Positions 29,643 to 39,537 of a DNA stretch of 64,000 nt are shown piece by piece. Numbering within the stretch: position 1 is the first letter of the stretch; the number at the start of each line of letters is the position of its first letter. A program made the translations under genes and the position numbers. Origin of the DNA: a virus (Duplodnaviria > Caudoviricetes); the IMG/VR virus record IMGVR_UViG_3300032243_000867, positions 192,001 to 256,000 of that record, one strand, 5' to 3'. The notes beneath the pieces were generated by a model, which saw nothing but the letters and a program-made list of their open reading frames with translations, was not told where the DNA came from and searched no databases.

Positions 29643-32600
29643 ATGCCGCGCACGAACGATCCCTTGGGCATTCTCACGGGCGGTGGGCTCGCGCCTCCCG
29701 GTTCCGTGAGTTCGTCGTCCATCGCTCCCGGTGAAGTCGGCCCGGTGTCGGAGACTCTTGGAGCCCACGTAGGAAACCCCACGGGGGCGCACCCAGCGAG
29801 TGCGATCTCGATCCTCGACCCCTACACCCGGTACTTCATGGGGCCGAACGTCCAGGGAGCCATCAACGAACTCGCGGCGCTGGTACCGCCGCCCATGGGC
29901 GGTGTGGGAAGCGAGGGGGTGGCGTGGCTGGGCAGCACCAACGTCGGCACGCCCGACTGGGGCATCCTCAAGCTCCACGACGGCATCCTTCCCTTCACGG
30001 GCAACACCCTCGCGGACCCTCACGGCGTGTACCCGTACTACTACCGCGCCCCGGTGACAGACTCGGGCGTGGGGCTGACGGGAACGGGCATTGAGCCCGC
30101 GACGGACCCGACCTTCAACGTGGTGGACGGTCTGTACACGGGCGGCGGGAATGGCGCGGCACACGCGGGCTTCGCGACCCTCTCTAGCTACGGCGCGGGC
30201 TACCCGACGTGGAGGATTCTCTCGGCCATCGCGAACCCCGCCGCCGTGGTGTCTGGAATCGTTTCGCCCTCCGACCGTGGGGTGCTTGCGCTGGTGAAGT
30301 GGCCTTCGGGGGATGAGCCCGCCCCCGCCCCGGCGGCGAACGTAGGGGACATTCAGGCCCGGTGCGTCGCGGCCCTCCTTCTTGGCAAGGGCATCCTCGA
30401 CAACGGGTGTGACGGCGAACCGGGCGGGGTTTTCGTCGAAGCCACGGGCGGTCTTCGGGCCATCGCCTCGGCCAAGTACAACGTGAACCCCGCTGCGGGG
30501 TACACGTTCACGCTGGACCTGTCCTCGGTAGGCGGTCCTCCCGCCCCGGTGACGTTCACGGCGGTGGCGGGTGCCCCCGCTAACCCGTACGAGTTCCAAG
30601 TAGGCGGCGGCGCGGCGGCGACGGCGGCGAACTTCGCGCTGGCCCTGAACACCCTGTACTACAGCGAGGTTCTCGCAGCGATTACCAACGGAACGGATAC
30701 CGTCACCCTCTACCTGCGGACTCCCGGCACCGTAGGGAACGCTCCGACCACCACCATCACCTGCACGGCGGCACCGGGCGCCATCGGGGTTACGAACTTC
30801 AACGGCGGGACGGACGCGATTCTCAGCCCGTACGCTTTCCCCGGACGCGCGGCGGGGCAGTACAACCTCGAAGAGATTCACGCGGGTCTTTCGGGCACAA
30901 CGGGAACCGATCCCTTCTTCAACCCCGCAGCGGGTCAGGTGAGACTTCTCACCGATCCGGCGGCGGTGACGTTCGCCCCGGCGACGGTTACGGGCGGTCT
31001 GCCCATCTTCGGCGGGACCAGCAAGGCCATCGGCACGGTTACTCCCTTGTCGGGGTTTCCGTTCAGCCTCGGCGGCGGGACGGATGGAAACTTCTTCGCG
31101 TACCGACTGCCCTACCTGAAGGACTACTCGGTGGCCTCGGGGCTGGTGTACACCCCGGCGGCGGAAAAGACCCGGTTCACGACGAAGCTCGCTCCCGCGA
31201 GTGCGGGTGCCCTAACCCAAGCGGGCGACTACGACGACTTCACGACGGACTTCTGGGCCTTCCAGATCGCCCGCTACCGTCACCGATTCGTTCTCACCCC
31301 CCCTCCCGTTGTGGCGCTCACCCGCGAGGACGGCAACTACGCCCTCGTACACTTCAAAAAGGAAGCGTACTTCGAGGCGTACGTTCGTGACGGGGTGGTT
31401 CCCGCCAGCGATCAGCTATGGTCGGTGAACCTCGTGCGGTGGACGGGAAACGTGCCCCCGTACGACCTGACCGAGAACCTCGTCACCAGCACCCCCGGAG
31501 CCTCCGCGGCCAACCCGGTGAACCGCTCGGAGGTGTTCGAGGACAAGAACGGCACCTTCGTCCCCGCGCCCGCTGGGTTGTTGAGTTTCACTTTGGGCAC
31601 GGCGGCGGTTCCGACAAGGATGTACTGCTCGGGCATCGAGTACTACGTCCCCATCGACGTGACCACGGTGAACACGCCGAACGTCGCAATTATCAACCTC
31701 GCCTTCACCTACAACGGGGTGTTCGACCGTGGGTACCGCTCGCACGACAAGGTGCCCACGGGCGGTCCCCTGTCAACGGACAACCGCAGGTACGCGCTGA
31801 ACCAGAACCCGGTGTTCATCTCTCTCGCCTCGTTCAGCTACGAGGGAGATGAGGCCCTCGGGACATCTACTCTCGCGACGGGCTCTCCCGGCGCGGTCAC
31901 ATTTCCCGCCGAACTGGGGGAGATCCGCCGCCAGCGCATCGAGTTTGGCTACGCGGATTTGACCCCGGCGGCGACCCTTGACCCCGCCGTTGGGGACCCG
32001 GCCTCCTACGCCTTCTCAGTTGCCCCCTACACGAAGGGAATCTACTTCACGGGCGACCCGAACACCCCGGTGTTCACAACGGATGCGAAGGTGCGGGTGT
32101 TTCTGCGCCGCCCGCTGGTGGTGGACGGCGTGACCGGGTATTCGGAACCCATCGCGGGCGCGAACGTCCCGAACAGCACGGGTGACGTGATCCTGTACCA
32201 CTCCATGCAGGAGGGGAACGCGACGGCGACGGTGCCTTACGGGAACCCCTCGAACGCCGCTCTTCGCGGTCTGTCGAAAGAGAAGGACCGCGAGGAGCGG
32301 TTCCTCGACGAGATCTACCGCTACCCGGAGAACTGGGCACCCCTAGCCGTTCCCGCCGACGTGTCGCAGCTACAGGGTCCGGGGCTTCCCTTCGGCCCCG
32401 CGCCCGTATCGGTGCCTGTACGCCCCGACTCTGCCCTCAGTTATGACGGCTGGTACCTGATCGGGTACAACGCGAATGCATTGACGACGGGTGGGGGGGA
32501 CCCGAACCTCAACAACGGCCTACAGGTGGCGGGGCTCCCACCGCGCGACCCTTCGTACAAAGAGGGGCTTCTATCTCCCGCCCCGTCGCGCGGGTTGCTC

Positions 32601-33155
32601 ATCTACCCGCAGACGGACTACACCTCGGGCTATGTCCCGGTCCAGTCGTTTGGCGCGGCGGCGAACTACTCGGTGCTTACGGGCGACCGGGTATACATCC
32701 GCGCGTTCGACGCGGACGCGGCCAACGCGGGCCTATCCACGGTGACCTTCCGCCTGTGGGGCGTGGAGCTCACGGACTTCCAATACGCAGCCCTCACGGC
32801 ACCCGGCGCGGTTGGAATGGCCGTGATGGTGAAAGTGCCGGGGCTTACGACGTGGATGGATGCGGGGCGGGCAGACGGCACGGGTCCGTCGAAGCAGGAC
32901 ATTGCCCTCGACGGCGCGGGGTGCTTGGTGAGCTCCACGGCGGCGACGGACACCGTGTCGCAGATTCGCTACACGGACGTGACGGTGAATCTCTCGCCCG
33001 CCGCGCTGTTCATCAACGGCGAAGGCAAGTGCCCGGTGCTGGTGAAGGTCATCATCAAGGACCACGTAACGGGCAAGGCGCTGAACTTCGTGGGCGCTGG
33101 CGAAACGGCGGCGACGGACACCCTTCGGGGCCTCGTTGGGATCGAGATCCTGTGA
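29643..33155 (+). CDS. Large virion structural protein, about 1170 aa
   Basis: H...PTGAHPASAI and NVQGAINELAA fibre motifs; ATG follows the previous stop. Confidence 0.7.
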   Translation: MPRTNDPLGILTGGGLAPPGSVSSSSIAPGEVGPVSETLGAHVGNPTGAHPASAISILDPYTRYFMGPNVQGAINELAALVPPPMGGVGSEGVAWLGSTNVGTPDWGILKLHDGILPFTGNTLADPHGVYPYYYRAPVTDSGVGLTGTGIEPATDPTFNVVDGLYTGGGNGAAHAGFATLSSYGAGYPTWRILSAIANPAAVVSGIVSPSDRGVLALVKWPSGDEPAPAPAANVGDIQARCVAALLLGKGILDNGCDGEPGGVFVEATGGLRAIASAKYNVNPAAGYTFTLDLSSVGGPPAPVTFTAVAGAPANPYEFQVGGGAAATAANFALALNTLYYSEVLAAITNGTDTVTLYLRTPGTVGNAPTTTITCTAAPGAIGVTNFNGGTDAILSPYAFPGRAAGQYNLEEIHAGLSGTTGTDPFFNPAAGQVRLLTDPAAVTFAPATVTGGLPIFGGTSKAIGTVTPLSGFPFSLGGGTDGNFFAYRLPYLKDYSVASGLVYTPAAEKTRFTTKLAPASAGALTQAGDYDDFTTDFWAFQIARYRHRFVLTPPPVVALTREDGNYALVHFKKEAYFEAYVRDGVVPASDQLWSVNLVRWTGNVPPYDLTENLVTSTPGASAANPVNRSEVFEDKNGTFVPAPAGLLSFTLGTAAVPTRMYCSGIEYYVPIDVTTVNTPNVAIINLAFTYNGVFDRGYRSHDKVPTGGPLSTDNRRYALNQNPVFISLASFSYEGDEALGTSTLATGSPGAVTFPAELGEIRRQRIEFGYADLTPAATLDPAVGDPASYAFSVAPYTKGIYFTGDPNTPVFTTDAKVRVFLRRPLVVDGVTGYSEPIAGANVPNSTGDVILYHSMQEGNATATVPYGNPSNAALRGLSKEKDREERFLDEIYRYPENWAPLAVPADVSQLQGPGLPFGPAPVSVPVRPDSALSYDGWYLIGYNANALTTGGGDPNLNNGLQVAGLPPRDPSYKEGLLSPAPSRGLLIYPQTDYTSGYVPVQSFGAAANYSVLTGDRVYIRAFDADAANAGLSTVTFRLWGVELTDFQYAALTAPGAVGMAVMVKVPGLTTWMDAGRADGTGPSKQDIALDGAGCLVSSTAATDTVSQIRYTDVTVNLSPAALFINGEGKCPVLVKVIIKDHVTGKALNFVGAGETAATDTLRGLVGIEIL

Positions 33156-33195
33156 CCCGTTAGAACGACGATATCCCCGCATTCTCGGAGCCCCC

Positions 33196-34713
33196 ATGAC
33201 TACCCTTCGCACCAAACTGATCCGGCTGGCCCAGGTGCGGCCCGCTCTTCGATCCCAACTGTTGCCCCTGCTCACCAATCGGGTAGCAGGTGAACCGACC
33301 CCGTTGGAGGTTTGGGAGGCTAGCCGTCCGATGATGCGGGCTGCGATCACCCCGGCTTTTTTTTTGAAGATCAAGCGGTCTCTGAGAACGGCCCCCCCTG
33401 CGGTTCTCGATTTTTTCAACCTCTACAACTGGCTGCAAAAATCGGCTGTGGGGGCACCCCTCCCTGATGGCGGGTTTCAACCCAAGATCAAGGAAGGAAT
33501 GGTGGCTCTCTCTCGCTCCCTGCCTCGAATCATGTCTCGGGACATGGCCAACGAGGCCGCGGATGTGTTGAAGGACACCTACGCCCGAACCGTCATGCCC
33601 ATCAAGATGATCGACAAGGGGCGGGGGAGTAAACGAAACTTCGTTGACGTGTCGGACGCTTTGGCGAGTGGGCTCGCCATCGTTCTGAACTCTGCGGGGC
33701 TACCCACGGAGACCTTCGACATCCCCGGCACCGTCAAGTTCGTCGGGCTTCGATCCTCTCAACCGGAGGAGATGAACCCCCCGGTGCCCGAAGCGGTGGC
33801 CCAATCCTTTACCCCGGAAGAAGAATCCCTACCGGGCAAGGCTTTCCAGAACACGAAGGACATCGACGAGCTCTACGAAGGAGTGTCGCAAGCAGAGGAG
33901 TTCCAGCTCGATCTGCTGAACCGAGGAACGGGTCTGGACTCCAAGATCGGAGCGAAGGTGGTCTATCCGGGTCAAAAGGTGGACCTCATGGCTGACGCGG
34001 GGCCGGTTATTATGATCGGCCCCCGCAAGAAGCGGGAGCGGGTGATCCAAAAAACCCAGGCCGAAGGGGAGGACGTGAACTCCGCTCTGGACTTGGTGAG
34101 GTCTACCGTCGCCGTGGACAACCTCTCTGACGTGCCCCGGGTCGTGAACCTCCTCCGAGAGATGGGGGTCGAGTTCGCCCGAAAGCCCAAGAACAGGTTC
34201 AGCAAGCCTACGGAAGTCGGGTACCGGGACCTGATGTTCAACGTCCGGTATCCCAACGGTCACGTTGGCGAGATTCAAGTGAACGTGAAGTCCATGCTCG
34301 TCGCTAAGGATCTCGGGCACAAGCTTTACGAGAGGGTTCGCGAAATCGACGCGAAGAAGAAGGCAGAAGGCAATACGGAGCTGACCTTTGAGGAGCAGCA
34401 AACGGTTGATCTCGCCAACGACTCGCAGAAGCGGCTCTACGACGAGGCGTGGCGTCAAGTGTCGGGCGGTGTTGGCGGGGGGTTGCCGAGGCTCGCTATG
34501 GAAAAAACCGCCGAGTCCGTCAAATATTTCGAGTACGAAGACAGACCTGCTCGGGTTGTCCGCGGCAATTTCCCGATCCTCATTACGAGCAAGGGGGATG
34601 AGGTTGTCCTCTACGATCAGCAGAAGTTCTACCTGGAGGCCCATCGCATCTCGGAAGCCCAGTACAACATGATGGTCTTCTCGATCTTCCGACCGAGCTA
34701 CAAGAACGGGTGA
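33196..34713 (+). CDS. RelA/SpoT-like (small alarmone synthetase fold) nucleotidyltransferase with LRTKLIRLA leader
   Basis: PRKKRERVIQK, DLVRSTV, NRFSKP..GYRDL, GEIQV, GHKLYE. Confidence 0.7.
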   Translation: MTTLRTKLIRLAQVRPALRSQLLPLLTNRVAGEPTPLEVWEASRPMMRAAITPAFFLKIKRSLRTAPPAVLDFFNLYNWLQKSAVGAPLPDGGFQPKIKEGMVALSRSLPRIMSRDMANEAADVLKDTYARTVMPIKMIDKGRGSKRNFVDVSDALASGLAIVLNSAGLPTETFDIPGTVKFVGLRSSQPEEMNPPVPEAVAQSFTPEEESLPGKAFQNTKDIDELYEGVSQAEEFQLDLLNRGTGLDSKIGAKVVYPGQKVDLMADAGPVIMIGPRKKRERVIQKTQAEGEDVNSALDLVRSTVAVDNLSDVPRVVNLLREMGVEFARKPKNRFSKPTEVGYRDLMFNVRYPNGHVGEIQVNVKSMLVAKDLGHKLYERVREIDAKKKAEGNTELTFEEQQTVDLANDSQKRLYDEAWRQVSGGVGGGLPRLAMEKTAESVKYFEYEDRPARVVRGNFPILITSKGDEVVLYDQQKFYLEAHRISEAQYNMMVFSIFRPSYKNG

Positions 34714-34734
34714 GATAGAGCCGGGTGTGACCCT

Positions 34735-35913
34735 TCACGCGGGCTCGCGCACCCCGTAGACGCGGGGCTTGTCCTCGGGCACCCCGCCACCGACCCACAC
34801 GGGGGCGACCCACTTCAGCGACGCCTTCCGCATCGCAGGGTCGATCCTCTCGCCAGCCTCGGTCTTTCGCGGCCCCACCCGGTAGGTATGCCAGTGGCCC
34901 CGGCGAATGTGCCCCTTCACGGTGCGGGTGCCCGTGAGGTCCGTGTCGCCGCCCGCACTCGTTTCGATGGTCGGGCCGATCCACGTCACCCGGTACTTGG
35001 GGAGGGCGTCGAGGTCGCGGGCGAGCTTCTTGGCGTCCTTGCCGTTCTTGTGCTTCTTGCGCCCCAGCGCAGTCTCTAGCTCGCGGCGCTTCCCATCGTT
35101 GTCGGCGCTCTTGGTCTCACACGACGCGCTGTTGATGTACAGCAGGGTGTTGATCACCACCCGCAGGAACGCCTTGACCATGGCCTTGACCTCCCGCGCG
35201 AGCTCCTCGGATTGAGGGATGTTCGCGAGACGGTCACTGATGTTCGCACCGCGGTCATCGAGGATGCCGTTCACCCGCGCGTCGAGGTCCATGCGGGTGA
35301 CGGCGGACTCCAGTTCGATGTTCCGCAGGGTGCCTTCGCGAAGCTCGGCCAAGTCGAGGCGCTTCTCCAAGTCGCCGTCGAGGTCCACGGTGCCGCCGTG
35401 ACCCAGCTTCATCGAGAACCAGAACGTCGCATCGTCCGTGGGAAACTGCGACCGCTCGTTCGCCGCGCCCCAGATGAGGACGCTCATCACCCCCGGCTCG
35501 GCGGGGTCTTCCATGACGTAGGCACCTTCGACCCGGTGCCACAGGGTGTCACTTCCGCCCCACGCCTTGAGCTTGCTGTCGGGCGTGGCGAGGTAGAAGC
35601 AGGGGAAGGGGAAACGGATGTGCTCCGCACTCACCTCGGAGAGCGAGGTGTTGGCGAACGCCTCCTGCATTCGCGGCCCCAGCACCACCACTTGCTGCCC
35701 TCCGCGCTCGTAAGCGACGGTAGACCGCATCATGTTGTAGGTGGTGCTGTAGGCGCTGACCGTCTGCGCGGGCAGGGGGTTGTCCCCCTGCTTGTTGAAG
35801 GGGTCGTGCAGGATCTTCGACTTGATGTCTTCGGGGAACACCCGCAGCGGGTTGCGCGGGTCCTTGCGGATCATCTCGTAGTGGACGACGGGGCGGGGGA
35901 GGGAAGCGGTCAT
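34735..35913 (-). CDS. Hypothetical protein with C-terminal HxRRGHW motif
   Basis: GHIRRGHWH..KWVAPVWV; ATG 7 nt after GGGCGTAAT (alternative start 35922). Confidence 0.65.
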   Translation of the reverse strand: MTASLPRPVVHYEMIRKDPRNPLRVFPEDIKSKILHDPFNKQGDNPLPAQTVSAYSTTYNMMRSTVAYERGGQQVVVLGPRMQEAFANTSLSEVSAEHIRFPFPCFYLATPDSKLKAWGGSDTLWHRVEGAYVMEDPAEPGVMSVLIWGAANERSQFPTDDATFWFSMKLGHGGTVDLDGDLEKRLDLAELREGTLRNIELESAVTRMDLDARVNGILDDRGANISDRLANIPQSEELAREVKAMVKAFLRVVINTLLYINSASCETKSADNDGKRRELETALGRKKHKNGKDAKKLARDLDALPKYRVTWIGPTIETSAGGDTDLTGTRTVKGHIRRGHWHTYRVGPRKTEAGERIDPAMRKASLKWVAPVWVGGGVPEDKPRVYGVREPA

Positions 35914-35963
35914 GGTCTTCATTACGCCCCTCTGGACGTTGGAAGGCCGAGGATACTGACAGG

Positions 35964-36461
35964 CTAGAAGCCGAGATACTCGATCTCGGAGTCGTCCAGC
36001 GTGTGGATCACGGCGCGCGAACGAAGCTCCCCCGTCTTCTCGTCCACGAAGGGCTGGTCGTCCTTGAGGTTGCGGAGGATGAGGTCGAGGCGCTTCACCT
36101 CTGCCGTCTCGGAGGTGATGAGCTCCTTCTCGGTCACGAGGTTGGCGATCACCCCAGCGGGCACCACCGTCTCCTTGGTCTGCTTGCCCGAAGAAGTGTT
36201 GCTGTTCGGGATCGAGTAGGACATCTTGATACCTCCGCCCCGGCGCTGGTCCTGCGAGTACTGCACGATGAGGTCAGACAGGGCCTCGGGGGTGATCTCG
36301 TTCTCGCGGGTGATCTTGTCGATGCGGCCCCGGCGCTCCTCGATCTTCGCTCGCACCGCCTCGACCTTGCGGTTCATCGCCTCGCGGATCTGCCCACTCG
36401 TGAACTTGTTGTACTGAACTCCACGGAACATGTCGTCTACCTCGTTGAAAGCGCCCATCAT
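35964..36461 (-). CDS. Hypothetical coiled-coil protein
   Basis: AAAGGAG RBS; GGGCGTAAC upstream. Confidence 0.7.
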   Translation of the reverse strand: MMGAFNEVDDMFRGVQYNKFTSGQIREAMNRKVEAVRAKIEERRGRIDKITRENEITPEALSDLIVQYSQDQRRGGGIKMSYSIPNSNTSSGKQTKETVVPAGVIANLVTEKELITSETAEVKRLDLILRNLKDDQPFVDEKTGELRSRAVIHTLDDSEIEYLGF

Positions 36462-36483
36462 GGGTGCTCCTTTCCACGGGTAG

Positions 36484-36756
36484 TTACGCCCGCCATCGTA
36501 GGCGCGCGGGGCCTCGTAGGCGCTTCACCAGCCTCTCGGCCCGTTGGGCGTCACCCCTCCCGTCGAACGGCCCGTACACCACCCCAAGCTCCCACGGTCG
36601 CCATCGTTGGGTGAACCGCGCGCCCCCAGAGAGTTCTCCGTTGTGCTGGCGCACCCGCCGGGGCACGTCGTTGGTACACCCGACGTAGGTGACGGCGCGG
36701 ACGGTGCTGACGAGGACGTAGACGTGCCACGGGCTAGTGCTTCTATCGCCGTTCAT
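36484..36756 (-). CDS. Small GIY-YIG nuclease, SLX1/UPF0213-like
   Basis: [36 protein letters not shown]. Confidence 0.85.
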   Translation of the reverse strand: MNGDRSTSPWHVYVLVSTVRAVTYVGCTNDVPRRVRQHNGELSGGARFTQRWRPWELGVVYGPFDGRGDAQRAERLVKRLRGPARLRWRA

Positions 36757-36760
36757 AGGT

Positions 36761-38125
36761 ATGGCCCTCTACCCGCAGCCGCCGTTGAACACGATGGTCG
36801 TGTCGCCCTTCGGCAAGGGCGTGTTGGACATCCGTTGGGATGACCCTTCGCTTATCGGCGCGAACACCGAGTACAACGTGGTGGGCGTGAACGTCTACCG
36901 TAGCGAGGCGAGCGACCGGGGGCCGTTCAAGCGGCTCAACTCTTACCCAGTGAGCGGGACGTTCTTCCGCGACTTCACCGACATCGCACAAGTGTCGCGG
37001 GAAGTCATCCCGTGGGACGGCGGGTGGCAATCGAAGGGCGACGCACCGAACGTCCTGCGGTGGACGTTCAAGACCCGGTACCCCATCGCGAAACCGCGCT
37101 TCCAAGGTGTGCCCGCGAACTCCCCGGACGACGTGCTGGTGACCATCGACGGGGTGCCCGCGTGGGTGGGGTCGGTATTCGGGCAGACGGGTGAGGTCAC
37201 GATTCAGGCCATCACGGACCTAGACCCCCGCGACGACCGCAACGTGTACTCCCCGCTTCCCGGCCCGAACAGCGAGGTGGCCGTCACCTACTACACGGCC
37301 CGGAACATCTTGTTCCCGAACACGATGATCGACCGCAAGCTGTTCTACCGTGTGACCACGGTGGCGGTCGCGGAAGGATCAACCACGGGCTACGTTGAGA
37401 CGCCGTTGGATCAGACGATGCCCGCGTCGGATATGCAGATCGAGCAACTCGACTACATCTGGCGCGAGGCCATGCGTCGCAACCGCTGGATCTTGGAACA
37501 GGGCGGGGAGCGCGTGAAGCTCTTCGTTCAGAAGGTCAGCGGGATGCCCTGCCCGTGTCGCAGCGAGACCGATCCGCAATCCCGCGCCTACAACAAGCAG
37601 CCCAGCAACAGGTGCCGGGTCTGCTACGGGACGGGATTTGTTGGCGGGTACGAGGGTCCGTACGACATCTTGGTGGCCCCAGACGACGCCGAGAAGAGAA
37701 TCTCGCAGACGCCGAACGGACGGAGAAAAGAGCACAGCTACGAGGTGTGGATGAGCTTCTCGCCCATCATCTCGATGCGCGACTTCGTCCTCAAGCAGAA
37801 CAACGAGCGGTACAGCGTTGGCCCGGTACGCCGTCCCACGAACCGTGGCAACGTGATGCAGCAGCACTTCAACATCGCGTACATCGACCCGAACGACATC
37901 CGGTACGACGTACCCGTGGAAATCGTGCTGGCGTCGCCGAACCTCCCGTGGCCGCAGACCCGGTACCCCTACCGCCCGTACCGTGAGACCTACGACAAAC
38001 AGACGGGAGCACCGTGGTCCGTCACGCCCGACGCGGTGTTCCCCATGTCCACGGACAAAGGCAACGTGCCGGATGGCGTGCAGATCAGAGGACGTGCGGG
38101 CACTTTTGAAAATCAGAACTACTAA
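36761..38125 (+). CDS. Virion head/neck-associated protein with FN3-like N-terminus and CxC..CxxCxGTG zinc motif
   Basis: LDIRWD..GVNVYRS; [16 protein letters not shown]; CTAT box upstream. Confidence 0.55.
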   Translation: MALYPQPPLNTMVVSPFGKGVLDIRWDDPSLIGANTEYNVVGVNVYRSEASDRGPFKRLNSYPVSGTFFRDFTDIAQVSREVIPWDGGWQSKGDAPNVLRWTFKTRYPIAKPRFQGVPANSPDDVLVTIDGVPAWVGSVFGQTGEVTIQAITDLDPRDDRNVYSPLPGPNSEVAVTYYTARNILFPNTMIDRKLFYRVTTVAVAEGSTTGYVETPLDQTMPASDMQIEQLDYIWREAMRRNRWILEQGGERVKLFVQKVSGMPCPCRSETDPQSRAYNKQPSNRCRVCYGTGFVGGYEGPYDILVAPDDAEKRISQTPNGRRKEHSYEVWMSFSPIISMRDFVLKQNNERYSVGPVRRPTNRGNVMQQHFNIAYIDPNDIRYDVPVEIVLASPNLPWPQTRYPYRPYRETYDKQTGAPWSVTPDAVFPMSTDKGNVPDGVQIRGRAGTFENQNY

Positions 38126-38136
38126 ACAGGTGAACA

Positions 38137-38286
38137 GTGGTCATCAGCTATCTATCACCGGGTCTGTGCGAGGCGTGGTCCACCAAGGGCCTCGGCACCT
38201 ACGCAGACCAACCCTTCCCCAAGGGGTCGGTGCTTGCCGTCTTCGGCGGCGAGGTGCTTCTCCCCCTACGTCGCCAACTTGATTGA
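38137..38286 (+). pseudogene. Truncated SET-domain fragment, 49 aa
   Basis: YLSPGL..KGLGTYA..PFPKGSVLAVFGGEV matches the SET N-terminal strands, then stops. Confidence 0.55.
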
Positions 38287-38298
38287 GGAAACACGAAC

Positions 38299-38694
38299 AT
38301 GACACCACTTCGATCCAGACTCATCCGCCTTGCGTATCAGAACCCGTCGATGCGGCCCCACATCCTCCCGATGCTAATGGAAGGAGATCGCACGGCGACG
38401 GAGAACCACAAACTCCCTGAAGATCCTTGGCGGTACTTCAAGAAGGTACCGGGCACCATTCTCGTGGACCTGAAGGACCTCACCCCGACCCGTGCTCGCG
38501 AGAAGGGGATCGCCAATGCCAACAGGTATATGTGGCAAGCGTACAACGGCGACACGGAGAAGAGGAAGCCCATCTCACTCAAGGACAACGGAGACGGCAC
38601 CTATACGGTTCTCGACGGCAACTCGACCTACGCGAATGCCGTGGCAAGCGGCTGGAAGAAGATCCCCGGCGTGGTCGAGGAGTCTGATCACTAG
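38299..38694 (+). CDS. ParB/Srx-like domain protein with LRSRLIRLA leader
   Basis: PISL..NGDGTYTVLDGNST..A..GW..IP; GAGGA RBS. Confidence 0.65.
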   Translation: MTPLRSRLIRLAYQNPSMRPHILPMLMEGDRTATENHKLPEDPWRYFKKVPGTILVDLKDLTPTRAREKGIANANRYMWQAYNGDTEKRKPISLKDNGDGTYTVLDGNSTYANAVASGWKKIPGVVEESDH

Positions 38695-38767
38695 GCACTC
38701 CGTCTGAGATGCGGTCAAACACCTGATCAGTGGTTTGCGGTGACTGCCCGATAACCCGACCGTAGGT

Positions 38768-39169
38768 ATGGCTGCAACGCGCGAGTATGACGGTGTCTGT
38801 GTGAGGGTGATCGACGGCGACACGCTCGTGCTACGCCTCACGCACACCTTCACCCAAGAAGTAGACTTCGGCTTCCACGTCAAGGACACGATGGCGCTCA
38901 CCAAGACTGCTGAAGTCACCTTCCGGCTCAACGGAATCAACACCCCGGAAGTGACGGGTCCGTCGAGGGCTGTGGGCCTCGCCGCGAAGGCGGCGCTGGA
39001 GGGGATGCTCGTCGGGAAGCCCTTACGGGTGACCTCCCACAAGGCCGACAAGTACGGGCGCTGGCTCGCGGACATCTGCGTCCAAGGGGAGACGGTCAGC
39101 GTCAACCAGCGGATGATCGACGGGAAGTTCGCCCTGCCGTGGGACGGTAACGGTCCCAAGCCCGTCTAG
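38768..39169 (+). CDS. Thermonuclease (SNase) family protein
   Basis: RVIDGDT, FRLNGINTPE, DKYGRWLA, VNQRMI. Confidence 0.9.
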   Translation: MAATREYDGVCVRVIDGDTLVLRLTHTFTQEVDFGFHVKDTMALTKTAEVTFRLNGINTPEVTGPSRAVGLAAKAALEGMLVGKPLRVTSHKADKYGRWLADICVQGETVSVNQRMIDGKFALPWDGNGPKPV

Positions 39170-39537
39170 CCGTTCGACGGCGGGGGCAACGTCCCGTAGG
39201 TGAATCGCACGGCGGGGATAGTGCCCCGCCCTTCCCGCAACGCCCGCGCCACACGGTGGTAGCCGTCCATCAGCCATCCGGCTGGGTGGAGGATGATGGG
39301 ATACGAGAGGTCGGCGTCGATCACCCGCTCCATCTCGGTTATGACCATCGGGTGCGAGTCATCCCGACAGTGACGTAGCCACCCGTAGGAGAGGGTGACT
39401 TCTTCAAGGGTGTCGAGGCGAACCTCGGTCACGGGGAGGCCCTTCGATGCCTCCCACAGTCTCGGGACTACCCAGCTTTCGCGGCAACCGTCGGGAGTCG
39501 CCCACGAACAGGTGTGCCCCTCGGACATCAGTCCCAC
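39166..39537 (-). CDS. ParB-like N-terminal domain protein
   Basis: ADLSYPIIL..LMDGYHRVARA. Confidence 0.75.
   Translation of the reverse strand: MGLMSEGHTCSWATPDGCRESWVVPRLWEASKGLPVTEVRLDTLEEVTLSYGWLRHCRDDSHPMVITEMERVIDADLSYPIILHPAGWLMDGYHRVARALREGRGTIPAVRFTYGTLPPPSNG

Noticed and set aside
38126-38298. Structured ncRNA or tRNA in the largest apparent intergenic gap
   Set aside because: No tRNA arms are visible, and the stretch is better explained as a SET-domain fragment
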